NCBI RefSeq assembly: GCF_964204645.1
Contig: NC_134028.1
Location: 19,041,653-19,105,652, forward strand
DNA: 64,000 nucleotides
Direction of reading: 5' to 3'
Source of the DNA: Tubulanus polymorphus
Taxonomy: Eukaryota > Animalia > Nemertea
Part shown: positions 62,300-64,000 of the stretch, one piece after another
Layout: each line of letters opens with the position of its first letter
How positions within the stretch are numbered: position 1 is the stretch's first letter
The notes under the pieces: generated by a model
Seen by the model: only the letters and a program-made list of their open reading frames with translations
What the model was told of the DNA's origin: nothing
The model's database searches: none
Program-made: the position numbers and the translations under genes

Positions 62300-64000
62300 G
62301 GGACATCAATGGCCTAAACTTAAGAAATAAAACCTAGACGTGCCAAAAATAATTGTAAAGATCTGCTTAAAAGTCATATATTAAAATTTTTTTCTAACTA
62401 AAATCTTGAAAGTAATCCAACCACTGCTTCATGTTTGTCAGGCTTCTCATAGGATTCACAGAGTGGTGCCTGTTCTATCCTAGATACAGCTTGTAGGTCC
62501 TCATTTCTTTCGACATATGTTATGAGCTCATCGAAGCATTGGTCAATAGGTACATGTATTCGGGATTTAAAGAAGAATTACATCAATATGAACTATGCTG
62601 ATATAATGCGTGTGAGTGGAAAAAAATTATGAAATATATTTTCATCACATCAAGCCCAAGAAGCAGGACGGATAAATAAATAAGTGCACACAATTAGCAG
62701 CCAACAGATATAGAGTATAGATATAGAGTATGATTGAGTTACAGGTATGTTGTAAAATTAACTATAATATCGCACCCTTCAATATTATTGAAAGCAATGG
62801 TTAGATAGTTTTACTGTATTTATTAAAATAAAACACACAGAAAGAAACAAGATTCTTCTCCTCAGAGAAGTCCTGCATTCTCATTATAATGGAGAGCTGC
62901 CAGATAGATCCTGCAATATACCGGTATTATTATCTCAACAATACATGTATTTCCAAAATGTATATAAGAACTGGCACCAATGGATACAAATTGGCTAGAA
63001 GATAACATACCTACTGCACGTTCCTTGGTTTGAGAATTTTAACATCTTAGGAGCAAAACGATTAACCACACTATGGTAACACTACGCCGCTAGTCTGACC
63101 AAGAGATGACATGTTTGTTACATCTCCAACGAATAGCTTTTTGGTCAACAGGTTTACAACTTTCTCGCAAGCTTCACTTCCTGTATACAGAGTTAATTAC
63201 CATTTCGAAGGAAAATATACCAAAATATATCAAATTTTCTTTTTAGTTATAAAGTGTACCTGGTCTCAACCATTTCTTCGGTTTTTCTAATGGACTGTGG
63301 CGACAGTTCTGGTGGATATTTTGAATATGTTCATTTGTTGAAGTCCATTTCCTCCTGATTTCTTCTTTATCACCAGGCGATGATGATTGAGCACACCAGT
63401 AGAGATGATATGTAATGCTCTTCATCCACAATTTCACAATAGGAAATGATTTGGAGATGGCGTCCAGTTTCTTAGCCAAATCTGAAAATAGATAAAAAGT
63501 TTTCAAATTTACAACTTTCATTAAAGTCACTTGATAAGTCCACAGTTTATGGCTTACGGAGAGTATTTGCCAAAAATTCACTTTTCACTACATGCCAGCA
63601 ATCAAAATAATGGGGAATATTCCAGGATACCCTAATCCATTTGGCAACTTGGCGGTGACAATCGGTTATAATAGCTTCCATAGTGAAACCCTCCAAGTCC
63701 TTTCAACATCGTTTCAATCCCTCAAGGTCCGTATTGTAACTATTGCCAGTTTCATTGCTCTGAAAGAGAACAAATAATTTCACAAATCAAGCATCCCCTC
63801 CTAGTATCAGCTGACTGCCTTTCAAGTTTTCTAATATTTTCGCTTTCGATTTTGTCCATGTTTCATTAATTGCTTTATAAAGAAATCGAGCTTGATGGTT
63901 GAAAAACGTCCTAACAGTTTGGCACTGTATATTTATAAACCTGAAAAGATACAATAGATTAAAGAAATACGTATAATTTAATAATATTTTCATTTAATTC
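62300..64000 (-). pseudogene. Multi-exon Kolobok-like transposase (degenerate)
   Basis: LILGGDA, WMKSITYHLYWCA...KWTS..HIQNIH..C.H...KWLRPG, QTS..YHSVVNRFAPK and YLAALHYNEN in exon-sized pieces with GT-AG boundaries. Possible terminus TTAA|GGGAC at 62296. Confidence 0.7.

Overview
Metazoan (invertebrate-like, AT-rich, spliceosomal introns) genomic DNA made almost entirely of nested transposable elements. It holds at least 8 piggyBac elements or MITEs, one with both TIRs, TTAA TSDs and only two coding lesions. Other DNA elements are Mutator, KDZ/HMGXB3-like, DUF6729-like, Kolobok-like and mariner transposase relics. Retroelements are two Ty1/copia bodies plus a solo LTR, an env-bearing LTR retroelement (baculovirus-F/errantivirus-type fusion protein), a Penelope-like element with an inverted pseudo-LTR and hammerhead ribozyme, and an L2-clade LINE fragment. 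There are also Helentron-derived HINEs carrying 154-bp repeats with CTCF-consensus motifs, several small MITEs and a 31-bp minisatellite. The only recognisable host gene is the 5' part of DUS1L (three coding exons, + strand, 55119-57313). The most striking window-scale signal is that essentially all orientable coding TE relics (about 20) lie on the minus strand. That pattern is expected of a flamenco-like uni-strand piRNA cluster, or of a giant TE-filled intron transcribed on the plus strand. Family assignments come from motif recognition by eye, not from database searches.
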